NCBI GenBank assembly: GCA_041690995.1
Contig: JBEPVM010000001.1
Location: 9,183 to 73,182 of the forward strand
DNA from: Gammaproteobacteria bacterium
GTDB taxonomy: Bacteria > Pseudomonadota > Gammaproteobacteria > DSM-16500
DNA length: 64,000 nucleotides
Direction of reading: 5' to 3'
Part shown: positions 1 to 9,771 of the stretch, piece after piece
Layout: the number at the start of each line of letters is the position of its first letter
How positions within the stretch are numbered: position 1 is the first letter of the stretch
The notes under the pieces: model-generated
What the model was told of the DNA's origin: nothing
The model's input: the letters and a program-made list of their open reading frames with translations, nothing else
The model's database searches: none
Translations under genes and position numbers: made by a program

Positions 1-616
1 ATCCGTATGTTAATAACCATTTCACAGCTGTTTTTGGGCCTACTTGCGGAACACCTGGAATATTATCAGATGTATCACCTACCAAGGCTAGATAATCAAT
101 CACTTGCTCAGGTGAAATTCCCATTTTTTCTTTAACGGCTGTTGAATCAAGCACTGTATTGTTCATTGTATTCACTAACGTAATATGCTGATCGACTAAT
201 TGCATCAAATCTTTATCGCTGGTAGAAATAATTACTTCTTGTTGTTGCTTCGCAGCAGCTTTCGCGATAGTGCCAATGACATCATCTGCTTCTACGCCTT
301 CTACCATAATTAAAGGTAATCCTAAAACACGAACTAATTGATGCAAAGGCTCGATTTGTAAAATGAGTTCATCTGGCATCGCTTTTCGATGCGCTTTGTA
401 AGGCTCATAGAGTTCCTCTCTAAATGTTTTTCCTTTGGTATCAAAAACAACAGCGATAAATTCAGGGTCATACTGTGTTAATAAACTACGGAGCATATTA
501 ATAACGCCATAAATAGCGCCTGTGGGAAATCCTTTCGAATTGGATAAGGATGGCATTGCATGAAAGGCTCTATATAAGTAAGAAGAACCATCAACTAATA
601 TAAGGGGTTTTGGCAT
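1..616 (-). CDS. polA: DNA polymerase I, N-terminal 5'-3' exonuclease domain (partial, runs off window start)
   Basis: Own reverse-strand translation from ATG at 616-614 gives [22 protein letters not shown]...[22 protein letters not shown]...[12 protein letters not shown]...[24 protein letters not shown], the FEN-like 5' nuclease signature of Pol I. It is absent from the ORF track because there is no stop inside the window. Confidence 0.85.
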   Translation of the reverse strand, partial: MPKPLILVDGSSYLYRAFHAMPSLSNSKGFPTGAIYGVINMLRSLLTQYDPEFIAVVFDTKGKTFREELYEPYKAHRKAMPDELILQIEPLHQLVRVLGLPLIMVEGVEADDVIGTIAKAAAKQQQEVIISTSDKDLMQLVDQHITLVNTMNNTVLDSTAVKEKMGISPEQVIDYLALVGDTSDNIPGVPQVGPKTAVKWLLTYG

Positions 617-631
617 ATTATTATTTCCTTG

Positions 632-806
632 GCAGAGCCTGTCGCCCCGCAAAAAACCTGAATGATCCCCAGAAAATAAAAGGTTACCTAGTTGATAAAA
701 TGAAAATATATCACTTTTCAGAAATAGCAGAGCCTGTCACCCCGCAAAAAACGCACTCATGTTTGTGACAAAAATACAGACGTGTATTCGCGTTTTTGTG
801 CGGGGT
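632..806. repeat. 26-nt direct repeat (632-657 and 727-752, 25/26 identical); the second copy forms a long-loop hairpin with 790-806
   Basis: GCAGAGCCTGTC(G/A)CCCCGCAAAAAAC occurs twice. ACCCCGCAAAAAACGC (739-754) is nearly complementary to GCGTTTTTGTGCGGGGT (790-806). Read directly from the sequence, in the polA-mnmE intergenic region. Confidence 0.6.
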
Positions 807-860
807 CTGGTGGGTACTTAAGTAGAACAAAAAAACAATCTTAAATCAACTTAAAATAGA

Positions 861-1025
861 GAGAATGTTTATTTAACTGTGTCGTTCCCGCGAAGGCGGG
901 AACCCATTTTGCCCTGTAGCTAAACTGATCTTAGTAAAATAATCTCCATTACTAAAGCAGGTTTAATGACACGTCAGAATGGGTTCCCGCCTTCGCGGGA
1001 ATGACACAGTTAAATAAACATTCTC
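861..1025. mobile_element. MITE-like palindromic element, copy 1 (165 bp, 46-bp terminal inverted repeats, 8-bp target site duplication AAAATAGA)
   Basis: The left TIR GAGAATGTTTATTTAACTGTGTCGTTCCCGCGAAGGCGGGAACCCA (861-906) matches the reverse complement of 980-1025 with 1 mismatch. AAAATAGA is present at 853-860 and 1026-1033. There is no coding capacity. Related copies lie at 12554-12684 and 36430-36594. Confidence 0.75.
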
Positions 1026-1159
1026 AAAATAGAGGTCTTTCTTTTGAGGATTTATACTCGCGCTAGCATCGCCCCATACCGATTTTTCCATTTTTTTATG
1101 GTTTTTTTCTCTAGTTCATATATAGTGTGTTGTGTACGCACTATATTTAACATAGAATC

Positions 1160-2551
1160 TCATTTCCCTACACAAAAAGTTGAAAAAATTTTCCCTAATA
1201 AATCATCTGTCGTAAAAATTCCTGTTATTTCACTTAATGCGAGCTGCGCTTGACGTAATTCTTCAGCAAATAATTCGACTGCATGATAGATTTCTAATTG
1301 CTGCAGTCCATTTTGTAAAAAAGTTGCTGCGCGTTTTAAAGCATCTAAATGTCTACGTCTTGCAGAAAATACACCTTCTTGCGTAGTTTGTAAACCAACA
1401 CACGTTTTTATATAATTTCTTAATAATTCAATTCCACTTCCATTTTTAGCAGATAATGAAATTTCTGTATACCCATTTTTTTTAATGAGTTCTTTTTTTT
1501 CTTGTGTTAAATCTATTTTATTACGAATGATAATAATAGCTGCATGATCCGGTATTTTTTTAAGAAAATAATTGAGATTAATTTCAGTTAAGTTATTTGA
1601 AGCATCTGTCACGAATAATATTAAATCTGCATTAGCTATTTCCGTATGCGCACGTCTAATGCCTTCTTGTTCTATGACGTCTGCGCTTTCACGCAATCCT
1701 GCTGTATCTATAATATGTATAGGCATACCATCAATTATAATTTGTTCTCTTAATAGATCCCGAGTTGTACCGGGTATATCCGTGACGATGGCAATATCTT
1801 TCTCGCTTAAACGGTTCAGTAAACTCGATTTACCCACATTAGGTAATCCTGTAATAACAGCTGTAATACCCTCTCGTAATAAACTACCTTGTCTAGCATT
1901 TTTTTGTATTGTTTCAAGTAATTCTATTGCGTTGTTTAAATTGATTTCTATTTGTGGATGACTGAGAAAATTAATTTCTTCCTCAGAAAAATCAATGGCT
2001 GCTTCAACATAAGTACGTAGAAAAGTAATTATTTCAACTAACTGATGAATTTTTTTAGAAAATTCGCCTTGCAAAGAACGCATCGCAGCCCGAGCCGCTT
2101 GTTCAGATGAAGCATCAATTAAATCAGCAATGGCTTCTGCCTGGACTAAATCAATTTTATTATTTAAAAAAGCACGTTCGCTAAATTCACCTGGTTTAGC
2201 TAATCGAGCCCCTAAATTTAAAATTCGGTGAATCAGACAGGTTGCAATAGCAGAACCGCCATGCGCATGAAGTTCTAAAACATCTTCGCCTGTAAAAGAA
2301 TGCGGCCCTGGAAAATAAAGCGCAATCCCTTGGTCAATAATCGTATTATCAACATCTAAAAAAGAAGTATAAACGGCATAACGAGGGCGTAATTTCTTTC
2401 CTGATCTATTTCCTAATAGATCTCCTAATATATGGCCTGAAATTTTTTTTACTAACTTTCCGGAGAGACGGATGATAGCAACACCACCACGTCCTGGTGG
2501 TGTTGCAAGAGCAACGATAGTATCTGCGGGGTCATCCTGTCTAAAGTGCAT
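1160..2551 (-). CDS. mnmE: tRNA modification GTPase MnmE (TrmE)
   Basis: 463 aa. It has the N-terminal [22 protein letters not shown]-domain motifs [12 protein letters not shown] / DTAGLR / NKIDL, and the C-terminal FCVGK tail typical of MnmE. It sits downstream of yidC as in most bacteria. Confidence 0.95.
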   Translation of the reverse strand: MHFRQDDPADTIVALATPPGRGGVAIIRLSGKLVKKISGHILGDLLGNRSGKKLRPRYAVYTSFLDVDNTIIDQGIALYFPGPHSFTGEDVLELHAHGGSAIATCLIHRILNLGARLAKPGEFSERAFLNNKIDLVQAEAIADLIDASSEQAARAAMRSLQGEFSKKIHQLVEIITFLRTYVEAAIDFSEEEINFLSHPQIEINLNNAIELLETIQKNARQGSLLREGITAVITGLPNVGKSSLLNRLSEKDIAIVTDIPGTTRDLLREQIIIDGMPIHIIDTAGLRESADVIEQEGIRRAHTEIANADLILFVTDASNNLTEINLNYFLKKIPDHAAIIIIRNKIDLTQEKKELIKKNGYTEISLSAKNGSGIELLRNYIKTCVGLQTTQEGVFSARRRHLDALKRAATFLQNGLQQLEIYHAVELFAEELRQAQLALSEITGIFTTDDLLGKIFSTFCVGK

Positions 2552-4254
2552 TATTTTAGTTTTTTATTTTTCCCATTTTTTATTTGTGGTTGATTAACAC
2601 TCCGCATAATAAACCACTGCTGTAAAAATGACAGAGTATTATTCACAAACCAATATAACATGAGTCCTGCAGGAAAATTCATAAACAATGCCGTAAAGAC
2701 GATAGGCATTAACATCATTATTTTCGCTTGCATGGGATCAGGCGGTGGTGGGTTTAATCGTTGTTGTAAAAACATAGATAATCCCATTAATACAGGCAAC
2801 ACATAAAAGGGGTCTTTCACAGATAAGTCATGAATCCAAAAGATAAAAGGAGCCTGACGTAATTGTACGCTTTCAATAAGTACCCAATAAAGCCCTATGA
2901 AAACTGGGATTTGCACTAAAATAGGCAAACAGCCACTCATTGGATTTACTTTTTCTTTTTTATAAAGTTCTATGGTAGCTTGTGTAAATTTCTGTTTATC
3001 ATCACCGTAACGTTCTTTGAGTGAGGCAATTTGAGGTTGTAATTTTTTCATGCCATTCATTGAACGATAACTTTTTGCAGACAAATGATAAAACATTAAT
3101 TTTATAATTAAAGTGACAATGACAATAGACCAGCCCCAATTACCTATAATATTATAGATATGTTGCATCATCCAAAAAATAATACCTGAAATAAACCAAA
3201 ACCAACCATAATCAATCGTGAGCTTTAAGCCAGGCGCAGCGTGCTCTAAATAATCCGCAATAGCAGGCCCCGTATAAAGTTTAGCGTGTGTTGTAATTGT
3301 TTCACCCGGTTGTACACTGATTTTTGGGCTAATCATACCGATGGTATATAACCCATCTTGTGTGACATGAGAAAAATACTGTAGTGATTGTGTGTTTTCT
3401 GGCACCCAGGCACTCACAAAATAATGTTGGATCATGGCAGCCCAACCACCTGTGATAGTTTGGTCTATATTTTTTTCTTTCATGGAATTAAAAGAAATTT
3501 TTTGAAATCGTTTATCAGAGCTTGATATAGCTGCGCCAAAATAAGTAGCTGTTGTGCTTAAACGGTTTTGATGAGCTTCGAGTAAATCCTTGCGTAATAA
3601 TTGTAAATAAAGATTACTATCCCAGGGTTGCGATGACTGATTATTAATTTGATAATCAACGCCAATTTCATATTGGTTACGTTGAAAAGTAAAAGTTTTA
3701 GTAATTTTAACGCCTTGTGCATTTTGCCAATATAATTTTACTTGTAAATTTGATTGATCAGGCACAAGACTATAGTTTTTTTGTTCTGTGACATAAACTG
3801 CCTGGCCTCTAGTCGTATCAGGCCCATTAGGATTCAGTAATCCGCTTTGCGCTAAATACTGCGTATTAGGTAAATTATTCAATAATAAAAAAGGCTGAGA
3901 AGAATGTAATTCAGCAGGGTAATTCAGTAATTTTATTTGAGTGATATTGCCACCCACTGTATCAATATCTGCTTCGAGTGTGTCTGTTGTGACATGAATA
4001 ATATTTTGGGCAGGCTTTATATTTTTTGCAGCTGCAATAACAGGCACTGTCGTATTAGAATTCGTTTGTGATGTTGTATTAGGAATGTAATTATTTGAGT
4101 TATTAATAATATTATTAGAAAAAATCGGGTTAGATGCAGGTAAAGTTGTTGCACTTGTATGTTCTTTTTCCCACGCTTGATAAAGAAGTAATAAAACAGA
4201 GACTAACGCACCATATAAAGCAATTCTAAAAATATCAAGTAATTTAGTTAACAT
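2551..4254 (-). CDS. yidC: membrane protein insertase YidC
   Basis: 567 aa. It has an N-terminal TM, a large periplasmic domain, a conserved C-terminal multi-TM core ([19 protein letters not shown]...) and a basic tail. Synteny is rpmH-rnpA-yidD-yidC-mnmE. Confidence 0.95.
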   Translation of the reverse strand: MLTKLLDIFRIALYGALVSVLLLLYQAWEKEHTSATTLPASNPIFSNNIINNSNNYIPNTTSQTNSNTTVPVIAAAKNIKPAQNIIHVTTDTLEADIDTVGGNITQIKLLNYPAELHSSQPFLLLNNLPNTQYLAQSGLLNPNGPDTTRGQAVYVTEQKNYSLVPDQSNLQVKLYWQNAQGVKITKTFTFQRNQYEIGVDYQINNQSSQPWDSNLYLQLLRKDLLEAHQNRLSTTATYFGAAISSSDKRFQKISFNSMKEKNIDQTITGGWAAMIQHYFVSAWVPENTQSLQYFSHVTQDGLYTIGMISPKISVQPGETITTHAKLYTGPAIADYLEHAAPGLKLTIDYGWFWFISGIIFWMMQHIYNIIGNWGWSIVIVTLIIKLMFYHLSAKSYRSMNGMKKLQPQIASLKERYGDDKQKFTQATIELYKKEKVNPMSGCLPILVQIPVFIGLYWVLIESVQLRQAPFIFWIHDLSVKDPFYVLPVLMGLSMFLQQRLNPPPPDPMQAKIMMLMPIVFTALFMNFPAGLMLYWFVNNTLSFLQQWFIMRSVNQPQIKNGKNKKLK

Positions 4255-4257
4255 AAG

Positions 4258-4485
4258 TTATTTTTCCGGTACAGGATCAACACCACCTTGACCCCAAGGA
4301 TGGCAACGTAAAATTCGACATACTGCTAAATAACTTCCCTGTAAAATACCATGAGATTTGATCGCTTCAGTCGAGTATTCAGAACAGGAAGGATAAAAAC
4401 GACAACAATGGCCTAATAAGGGACTTATTAGATATTGATAAGTTTTTAAAATCATTATCAGACTGTTGTTAATAATTTTTTCCAT
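4258..4485 (-). CDS. yidD: membrane protein insertion efficiency factor YidD
   Basis: 75 aa with [27 protein letters not shown]...[12 protein letters not shown]. It overlaps the rnpA 3' end by 28 nt, as is usual. Confidence 0.9.
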   Translation of the reverse strand: MEKIINNSLIMILKTYQYLISPLLGHCCRFYPSCSEYSTEAIKSHGILQGSYLAVCRILRCHPWGQGGVDPVPEK

Positions 4486-4799
4486 AATTGATCTATTCCT
4501 TCGCGTAATTTTTTTTTGCTTAATTTGTCACATTGTTGGCGAGCAATAACAACAATATCTAATCCTTTTAAAAACTCCTGGTTTTGACTAAAACTATTTC
4601 GTATCACTCGTTTTATTCGATTTCTCATCACAGCACTATTGACCGCACGTTTTCCTATAACAAGCCCTAGTCTAGCGTGGAGTTTTTGGTTTGACTTAGA
4701 CAAAACCAGCAAGTGTTTTTGACTTGTTTTTTTAGATTTATCAAACAGTGATTTATATTCTGTTTTGCTTACTAATCTATGGCTTCGAGGAAAACTCAC
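4458..4799 (-). CDS. rnpA: ribonuclease P protein component
   Basis: 113-aa basic protein with [26 protein letters not shown], directly downstream of rpmH. Confidence 0.9.
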   Translation of the reverse strand: MSFPRSHRLVSKTEYKSLFDKSKKTSQKHLLVLSKSNQKLHARLGLVIGKRAVNSAVMRNRIKRVIRNSFSQNQEFLKGLDIVVIARQQCDKLSKKKLREGIDQLWKKLLTTV

Positions 4800-4818
4800 A
4801 ATTAACTCAGTAAAATTT

Positions 4819-4953
4819 TTATACAGTTAATTGTTTTCTACCTTTCGCACGACGTCTGCTTAATACAGCACGACCATCTTTAGTAGCCATACGTGCTCTG
4901 AAACCATGCGTTCTTTTTCGTTTAAGTGTGCTGGGTTGGTAGGTTCTTTTCAT
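4819..4953 (-). CDS. rpmH: 50S ribosomal protein L34
   Basis: Own translation (44 aa, too short for the ORF track): [44 protein letters not shown]. Confidence 0.9.
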   Translation of the reverse strand: MKRTYQPSTLKRKRTHGFRARMATKDGRAVLSRRRAKGRKQLTV

Positions 4954-5090
4954 TGGAGTTTCCAGTTATTTATTAAAACAAATATAAGGTCGGTAATAAT
5001 AGGGGGCATCAGTATTATTGTCAAATAGTAATTTATGGCCGTTTTAGGTTTATTGAGTAAGATGTCAAATAGGTATGGAAATTTTGCCAA

Positions 5091-5299
5091 TATAATTAAT
5101 ATAAGCTTTTATATATTTTCTATATTTTGTAGCTATTATTTATATAGGAAGGATTTTCTGTGGAAAACTTGTTATTTTTAAATTTATTCATAGCGTTATA
5201 GATGTATTAGTCTGTGGATAATAATGGTGATAGTTGTGTTGGAATTGGTATGAAACAGGATAAAAATAGGCGGGCCTTGATTTTTTAAGGTTATGCACA
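5091..5299. other. DnaA-box cluster plus AT-rich tract (oriC-like or DnaA-regulated region) between rpmH and folC
   Basis: The boxes are TGTGGAAAA (5159-5167, = TTTTCCACA), TGTGGATAA (5213-5221, perfect TTATCCACA) and TTATGCACA (5291-5299, fits TTATNCACA). A nearly pure A/T run lies at 5091-5150. Flanking genes diverge. Confidence 0.35.
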
Positions 5300-5341
5300 G
5301 AGAATTCAGAACTTTATTAGGTGTTGTGAACAGGCTATCAA

Positions 5342-6577
5342 GTGATGAGAACTCTAAAAGAATGGCTTGAAACGATTAAATCAGCACATCCTCAGGAAAT
5401 TGATTTGAGTTTGGAACGAACCAGGGAGGTCGCGAAGAGGTTAGGAATAGTGGATTCAGGGTGTCCACTTGTCACCGTAGCGGGTACGAATGGCAAAGGG
5501 TCATGTGTGGCAGGCATTGAGGTAATCATGCTGTCAGCAGGCTATAAAGTGGGTGCTTTTACAACGCCTTTTTTATTTCGTTATAATGAACAAGTGCGTT
5601 TGCAAGGCCAACCTGTCGCAGATGGCTTGTTGTGTGATGCGTTTGAACAGGTGGCGAATGCCTGTGGTCAAATAACATTAACTTTATTTGAATTTGGCAC
5701 CCTGGCGGCGATGGTTATTTTTAAGGAAGCAAACCTTGATATTTGGGTTTTAGAAGTAGGAATGGGCGGACGTTGGGATGCGGTTAATATTTTGGATGCG
5801 GATGTTGCTGTCGTTTCAAGTATTGATATTGATCATGCCGCTTGGCTAGGAAATACGCGTGACGCGATTGCGTATGAAAAGGCGGGTATTTTTCGTCCCC
5901 ACCAACCAGCTGTTTATGGTGATTTTGATCCACCGTCATCACTTATCCAGTATGCAGACACACTTAAAACACCCTTATTTTTTCAAGGGAAACAATTTGG
6001 ATTTTCTAAAAAAAATGAGACCTGGGACTGGTGGGGTTTGCAGTCAATTTATTTAGATAATTTACCTCTTCCTCATTTAACCTTACAAAATATGTCTACC
6101 GTGTTAATGGTCATTGAATTATTACAAAAAAAATTACCTGTATCCCAAAGAGCAATAGAGTCAGCTTTGAAAACAGTGACATTACCAGGCCGTCTTCAAA
6201 TGATACCAGGAACTGTCACACAAATTTTAGATGTCTCTCATAATCCCTCTGCTGTAGAATTATTAGCGAATTATTTGAAAGAAAATCCATATCTCGGTAA
6301 AACGTATGCCGTTTTTTCAATGTTATCAGATAAAGATATTGTAGCGACATTGCAAGTGATTCGCGATTTAATAGACGTTTGGCATGTTGCGCCATTGAAG
6401 AATGAACGCACTGCATCACAAGAATTGTTAGTTTCTTGTTTTAGGAAAATAAATTTAGATAATGTTATTTTTCATTCATCCATAAAAGATGCGCATGAAA
6501 TGGCTATGCAACACGCAGAGGCGAATAGCCGCGTGGTGGTGTTTGGGTCGTTTCATGCGGTGGCGGAGGTGCAATAA
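5342..6577 (+). CDS. folC: bifunctional folylpolyglutamate synthase / dihydrofolate synthase
   Basis: 411 aa with a Mur-ligase type P-loop VAGTNGKGS and FolC-like layout. The start is GTG 5342 or ATG 5345. Confidence 0.9.
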   Translation: MMRTLKEWLETIKSAHPQEIDLSLERTREVAKRLGIVDSGCPLVTVAGTNGKGSCVAGIEVIMLSAGYKVGAFTTPFLFRYNEQVRLQGQPVADGLLCDAFEQVANACGQITLTLFEFGTLAAMVIFKEANLDIWVLEVGMGGRWDAVNILDADVAVVSSIDIDHAAWLGNTRDAIAYEKAGIFRPHQPAVYGDFDPPSSLIQYADTLKTPLFFQGKQFGFSKKNETWDWWGLQSIYLDNLPLPHLTLQNMSTVLMVIELLQKKLPVSQRAIESALKTVTLPGRLQMIPGTVTQILDVSHNPSAVELLANYLKENPYLGKTYAVFSMLSDKDIVATLQVIRDLIDVWHVAPLKNERTASQELLVSCFRKINLDNVIFHSSIKDAHEMAMQHAEANSRVVVFGSFHAVAEVQ

Positions 6578-6661
6578 TAATAAAAGCCGATAATATGTTT
6601 GTAATGTTCTAATTATATGCTATATTAAACGTATACGATGTATACTTTAACAGGTAAAATT

Positions 6662-6946
6662 ATGGCACACTCAAGTCACTTATCACATCCAGCTGTTACC
6701 TTAAGCGTCAGGATTCCCTCCGATGCTCGTGACCAACTGGAAGAATTAGCAAATGCTACAGGGCATACGAAATCATTTCTAGCGGCTGAAGCGATAGAAT
6801 ACTATCTAATGACCCAGAGCTGGCAAGTACAAGCTATTGAGAAATCTATCAAAAAAGCCAATAGTAAAAAAGCTGAATTTATTGATCACTCCAAAATTTC
6901 TGATTGGTTGAATAGTTGGGGAAGAAAAAAAGAACGGGATATTTAA
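6662..6946 (+). CDS. ribbon-helix-helix (CopG/ParD-type) antitoxin
   Basis: The RHH segment is VTLSVRIPSDARDQLEELANATGHTKSFLAAEAIEYYL. The stop abuts the start of the ParE-like toxin (TAAATG at 6944-6949). The track ORF starts at 6638; ATG 6662 (MAHSS...) is more likely. Confidence 0.75.
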   Translation: MAHSSHLSHPAVTLSVRIPSDARDQLEELANATGHTKSFLAAEAIEYYLMTQSWQVQAIEKSIKKANSKKAEFIDHSKISDWLNSWGRKKERDI

Positions 6947-7225
6947 ATGATAATCAAATGGTTAGATGATGCTGTTCATGATTTACGGTCATTACATCAA
7001 TACATTACTCTCGAAAATCCTTCAGCAGCGAATCGAATAGCCAGGCGTATACTAAATGCTGTGAATCTTTTGACTGAACAGCCAGGAATGGGGAGACGGG
7101 GTAGAGTGCATAATACAAGAGAACTGGTCGTATCAGGAACTCCATATATAATTCCGTATCGAGTCAAAAATAAAAATATTGAAATACTGCGAGTATTTCA
7201 CGGGGCAATGGAATGGCCAGAATAA
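6947..7225 (+). CDS. ParE/RelE-family type II toxin
   Basis: 92 aa with ...AVHDLRSLHQYITLENPSAANRIARRILNAV..LTEQPGMGRRGR...YIIPYRV.NKNIEILRVFHG, a typical ParE pattern. Confidence 0.8.
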   Translation: MIIKWLDDAVHDLRSLHQYITLENPSAANRIARRILNAVNLLTEQPGMGRRGRVHNTRELVVSGTPYIIPYRVKNKNIEILRVFHGAMEWPE

Positions 7226-8001
7226 ATTTCTGCACATTGTACAGTATGTTTTAAATGTGTTTGATTTAAAGTACCTGTGATAACACTGGTCACACCAGGT
7301 TCTCTAAAAATAAAATCCATCGCCACTTGCACAGGATCATCCTCAGCAATTTTCTGTAAATGACCGCTTGCGAAGGCTTTTTTAATAAAAACGCCTTTAT
7401 TTTTTTGATAGGCATGAGCGATCACAGATTGCTCTTCCTTTTGAATAGGGTTATAAGTCACCATGACAATATCCGCGTGCTCGACTGCTAAAAGGCCGCC
7501 TTCTATTGTTTTAGTTGACATGCCAAATGCGCGTACAAGACCTGATTTTTTCATTTCAGCAAGCGTAGAAAAAACAGATTCCTCTTCAATAATATTTTTA
7601 TCCTCGCCATTTGAATGCACTAACACGATATCCAAGTAATCCGTTTGTAAACGCCGTAAACTACGCTCAATACTTTTTCGCGTATGCTCGGCAGAAAAAC
7701 AAAAAGAAGATTCGCCATTTACAAATTCCTCTCCTACTTTAGTGCAGAGTACCCAATCATGGCGTTGATTTTTGATGAGCTTACCTAATCGTTCTTCGCT
7801 AGTGCCATAAGCAGGTGCTGTATCTAATAAATTAATCCCTGATTCTTGCGCACAATTTAATAATGTGAGAATAGTATCATCGCTTGGCAAAGAAAATGCC
7901 TCAGGGTAATTTATTTTTGTATTGCGGCCAAATTTAACCGTACCTAAACCTAATCGGCTCACTACAATTCCAGTAATGCCTAACATTATTTTTTGTATCA
8001 T
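7198..8001 (-). CDS. aldo/keto reductase family oxidoreductase
   Basis: It carries SRLGLGTVKFGRN, LDTAPAYGTSEERLG and DYLDIVLVHS. The track ORF extends to 8061, but that would overlap tamA, so the MIQKIMLGITG start at 8001 is more plausible. The 3' end overlaps the convergent ParE-like gene by 28 nt. Confidence 0.8.
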   Translation of the reverse strand: MIQKIMLGITGIVVSRLGLGTVKFGRNTKINYPEAFSLPSDDTILTLLNCAQESGINLLDTAPAYGTSEERLGKLIKNQRHDWVLCTKVGEEFVNGESSFCFSAEHTRKSIERSLRRLQTDYLDIVLVHSNGEDKNIIEEESVFSTLAEMKKSGLVRAFGMSTKTIEGGLLAVEHADIVMVTYNPIQKEEQSVIAHAYQKNKGVFIKKAFASGHLQKIAEDDPVQVAMDFIFREPGVTSVITGTLNQTHLKHTVQCAEIYSGHSIAP

Positions 8002-8055
8002 ATACCCATTACACCCCAAGATGTGATATTTTAACATCTCACGAGGAAATAAAAA

Positions 8056-9771
8056 ATGCAATATTTAAACCGTTTTATTTTTCTATTCTTTTTTTATTTC
8101 TTACTCAGCTCGTTGTCTTTTGCAAGAGAGAATTTACGCATTATTATTTCTGGCATTTCTGGAGACACCTTAAAAAATGCGCAACATGTTCTTTTGATTG
8201 AAAAAAAATCGTATGATAATAATTTTACGAGTGATAATATAAAAAAATTCTATAACCGTACGCCCGCCATTATTCACAATGCGCTTAAGCCTTACGGCTA
8301 CTTTAAAGCTGATATTTATTCCACTCTCTCTCATCGAACGGGCATTTGGACAGCACAGTTTCACGTCCATCCTGGACCGCCGCTACTGATTGCCCATATT
8401 GATTTAGAGGTGACAGGATCTGGAAAAGATAACTCCGTGATTCAAGAATTTATTCATCATTTTCTTCTCAAACCAGGCGATGTCTTATTAACACCACGTT
8501 ATGAAGAAGCCAAAATAGCTTTTTTCGAAGTGGTCAATAACCAGGGTTATTTAAAAGCCATGTTAATTAAAAAAGAAGTGCGCATTAATTTGGCTAAAAA
8601 TACAGCCGTTATTATTTTGTATATGGATACCGGACAACGCTATTATTTCGGCTCACTCAATTTTGTCAAAAGTACTTTTGCGCCAGGTTTTTTACAACGG
8701 TTTACGCAATTTTCTGCTGGCGAACCTTTTTCCAGTCAAAAAGTATTGAAATTTCAGCAGGATTTAAGCAATAGTCGTTATTTCCGTGAAGTCTCTGTCA
8801 TTCCAGAGTTTAATCATATAGAAGATTCTAAAGTACCTACGACAATCCAAGTCACTGCTTACCAAGGAAAACAATATAAATTAGGAGTAGGTTATGGGAC
8901 ATTTACAGGGCCACGTTTATTGGCAGGCATGAATTGGCGAGATATTGGCGATGCAGGCCAACAACTCATAGCACTTGCAAAATTATCGCCGGTATTAAAG
9001 GGATTGGCTGTCAAATATTTTATACCGGGATTTAATCCGCTTACTGATGAGTACACGTTGGGTGCTAACGTGCAAGAATTGAGGGTGCAAAATGGCAATA
9101 GCTTTTCTGAATCACTCAGTGGAGCTTATGTAAAAATGCTAGGCGACTGGCAGCATTCACTCTCGCTTAATTTGCTTAATGAACGATATACTTTCAACAA
9201 TCAACCCCGCAGAAATAGCCATGAACTCTACCCTGCTTATACTGCTTCTCATATCGTTACTGACAATAGTGTCGATGCACACTTTGGAAGAATGATTAGT
9301 TTTACTTTACAAGGTGCGAATGAAAAATTATTTTCAACAACGAGCTTTATGCAAAGCGAACTGAAAGTGAAATTTATTTTCAGCCCGACCCCTCCCAGCC
9401 GTATTATTTTACGGGGAGATTTAGGCTATACTGTGGTCAATGACATTAATCAATTACCGTTGACATTACAATACCTGGCAGGCGGACCCAACAGCGTTCG
9501 TGGCTATAACTATGGTAGCATTGGGCCAGGCCGATATTTGGAAATAGCCAGTGCTGAATATCAGCATCGTATTGTGGATAATCTCTATGGCGCATTATTT
9601 TATGATGTGGGCACAGCAACCAATAAATTTAACCAAGGGTTTCAACGGGGGGATGGTTTTGGTTTTGTTTATATATCGCCTATCGGCCCTGTGCAAATTT
9701 ATTTGGCACGTGCCGAATCAAAATCTTGGAAACCTAAAAGTATCCTATTTAATATAGGAGCTGATTTCTGA
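8056..9771 (+). CDS. tamA: translocation and assembly module outer-membrane subunit TamA (Omp85 family)
   Basis: 571 aa with a signal peptide, POTRA-like N-terminal region and beta-barrel with C-terminal ...FNIGADF (terminal Phe). It is followed by a TamB-like gene with a 1-nt overlap. Confidence 0.8.
   Translation: MQYLNRFIFLFFFYFLLSSLSFARENLRIIISGISGDTLKNAQHVLLIEKKSYDNNFTSDNIKKFYNRTPAIIHNALKPYGYFKADIYSTLSHRTGIWTAQFHVHPGPPLLIAHIDLEVTGSGKDNSVIQEFIHHFLLKPGDVLLTPRYEEAKIAFFEVVNNQGYLKAMLIKKEVRINLAKNTAVIILYMDTGQRYYFGSLNFVKSTFAPGFLQRFTQFSAGEPFSSQKVLKFQQDLSNSRYFREVSVIPEFNHIEDSKVPTTIQVTAYQGKQYKLGVGYGTFTGPRLLAGMNWRDIGDAGQQLIALAKLSPVLKGLAVKYFIPGFNPLTDEYTLGANVQELRVQNGNSFSESLSGAYVKMLGDWQHSLSLNLLNERYTFNNQPRRNSHELYPAYTASHIVTDNSVDAHFGRMISFTLQGANEKLFSTTSFMQSELKVKFIFSPTPPSRIILRGDLGYTVVNDINQLPLTLQYLAGGPNSVRGYNYGSIGPGRYLEIASAEYQHRIVDNLYGALFYDVGTATNKFNQGFQRGDGFGFVYISPIGPVQIYLARAESKSWKPKSILFNIGADF

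Noticed and set aside
881-1005. Resemblance of the element core (ATTCCCGCGAAGGCGGGAAC) to the Neisseria dRS3 repeat pattern ATTCCC-N8-GGGAAT.
   Set aside because: The match is partial (GGGAAC, not GGGAAT) and recalled from memory only. The host is clearly not Neisseria-like. It is probably convergent hairpin structure.
1044-1253. 69-aa track ORF spanning the MITE flank and the 3' end of mnmE.
   Set aside because: It overlaps the mnmE C-terminus antisense and starts at a non-ATG codon in repeat-adjacent DNA. Its composition is not protein-like.
1572-1961. Long ORFs antisense to clear genes: 1572..1961 in mnmE, 11357..11734 in tamB, 23555..23890 and 23640..23840 in trmJ, 49260..49481 opposite the glycine-zipper lipoprotein, 58129..58488 in AlbA_2 paralog 2, and many 60-90 aa ORFs.
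   Set aside because: They lie entirely inside well-supported genes on the other strand. They have odd composition (Ser/Pro/Cys/Ile-rich shadow-frame type) and no RBS. I treat them as shadow ORFs.
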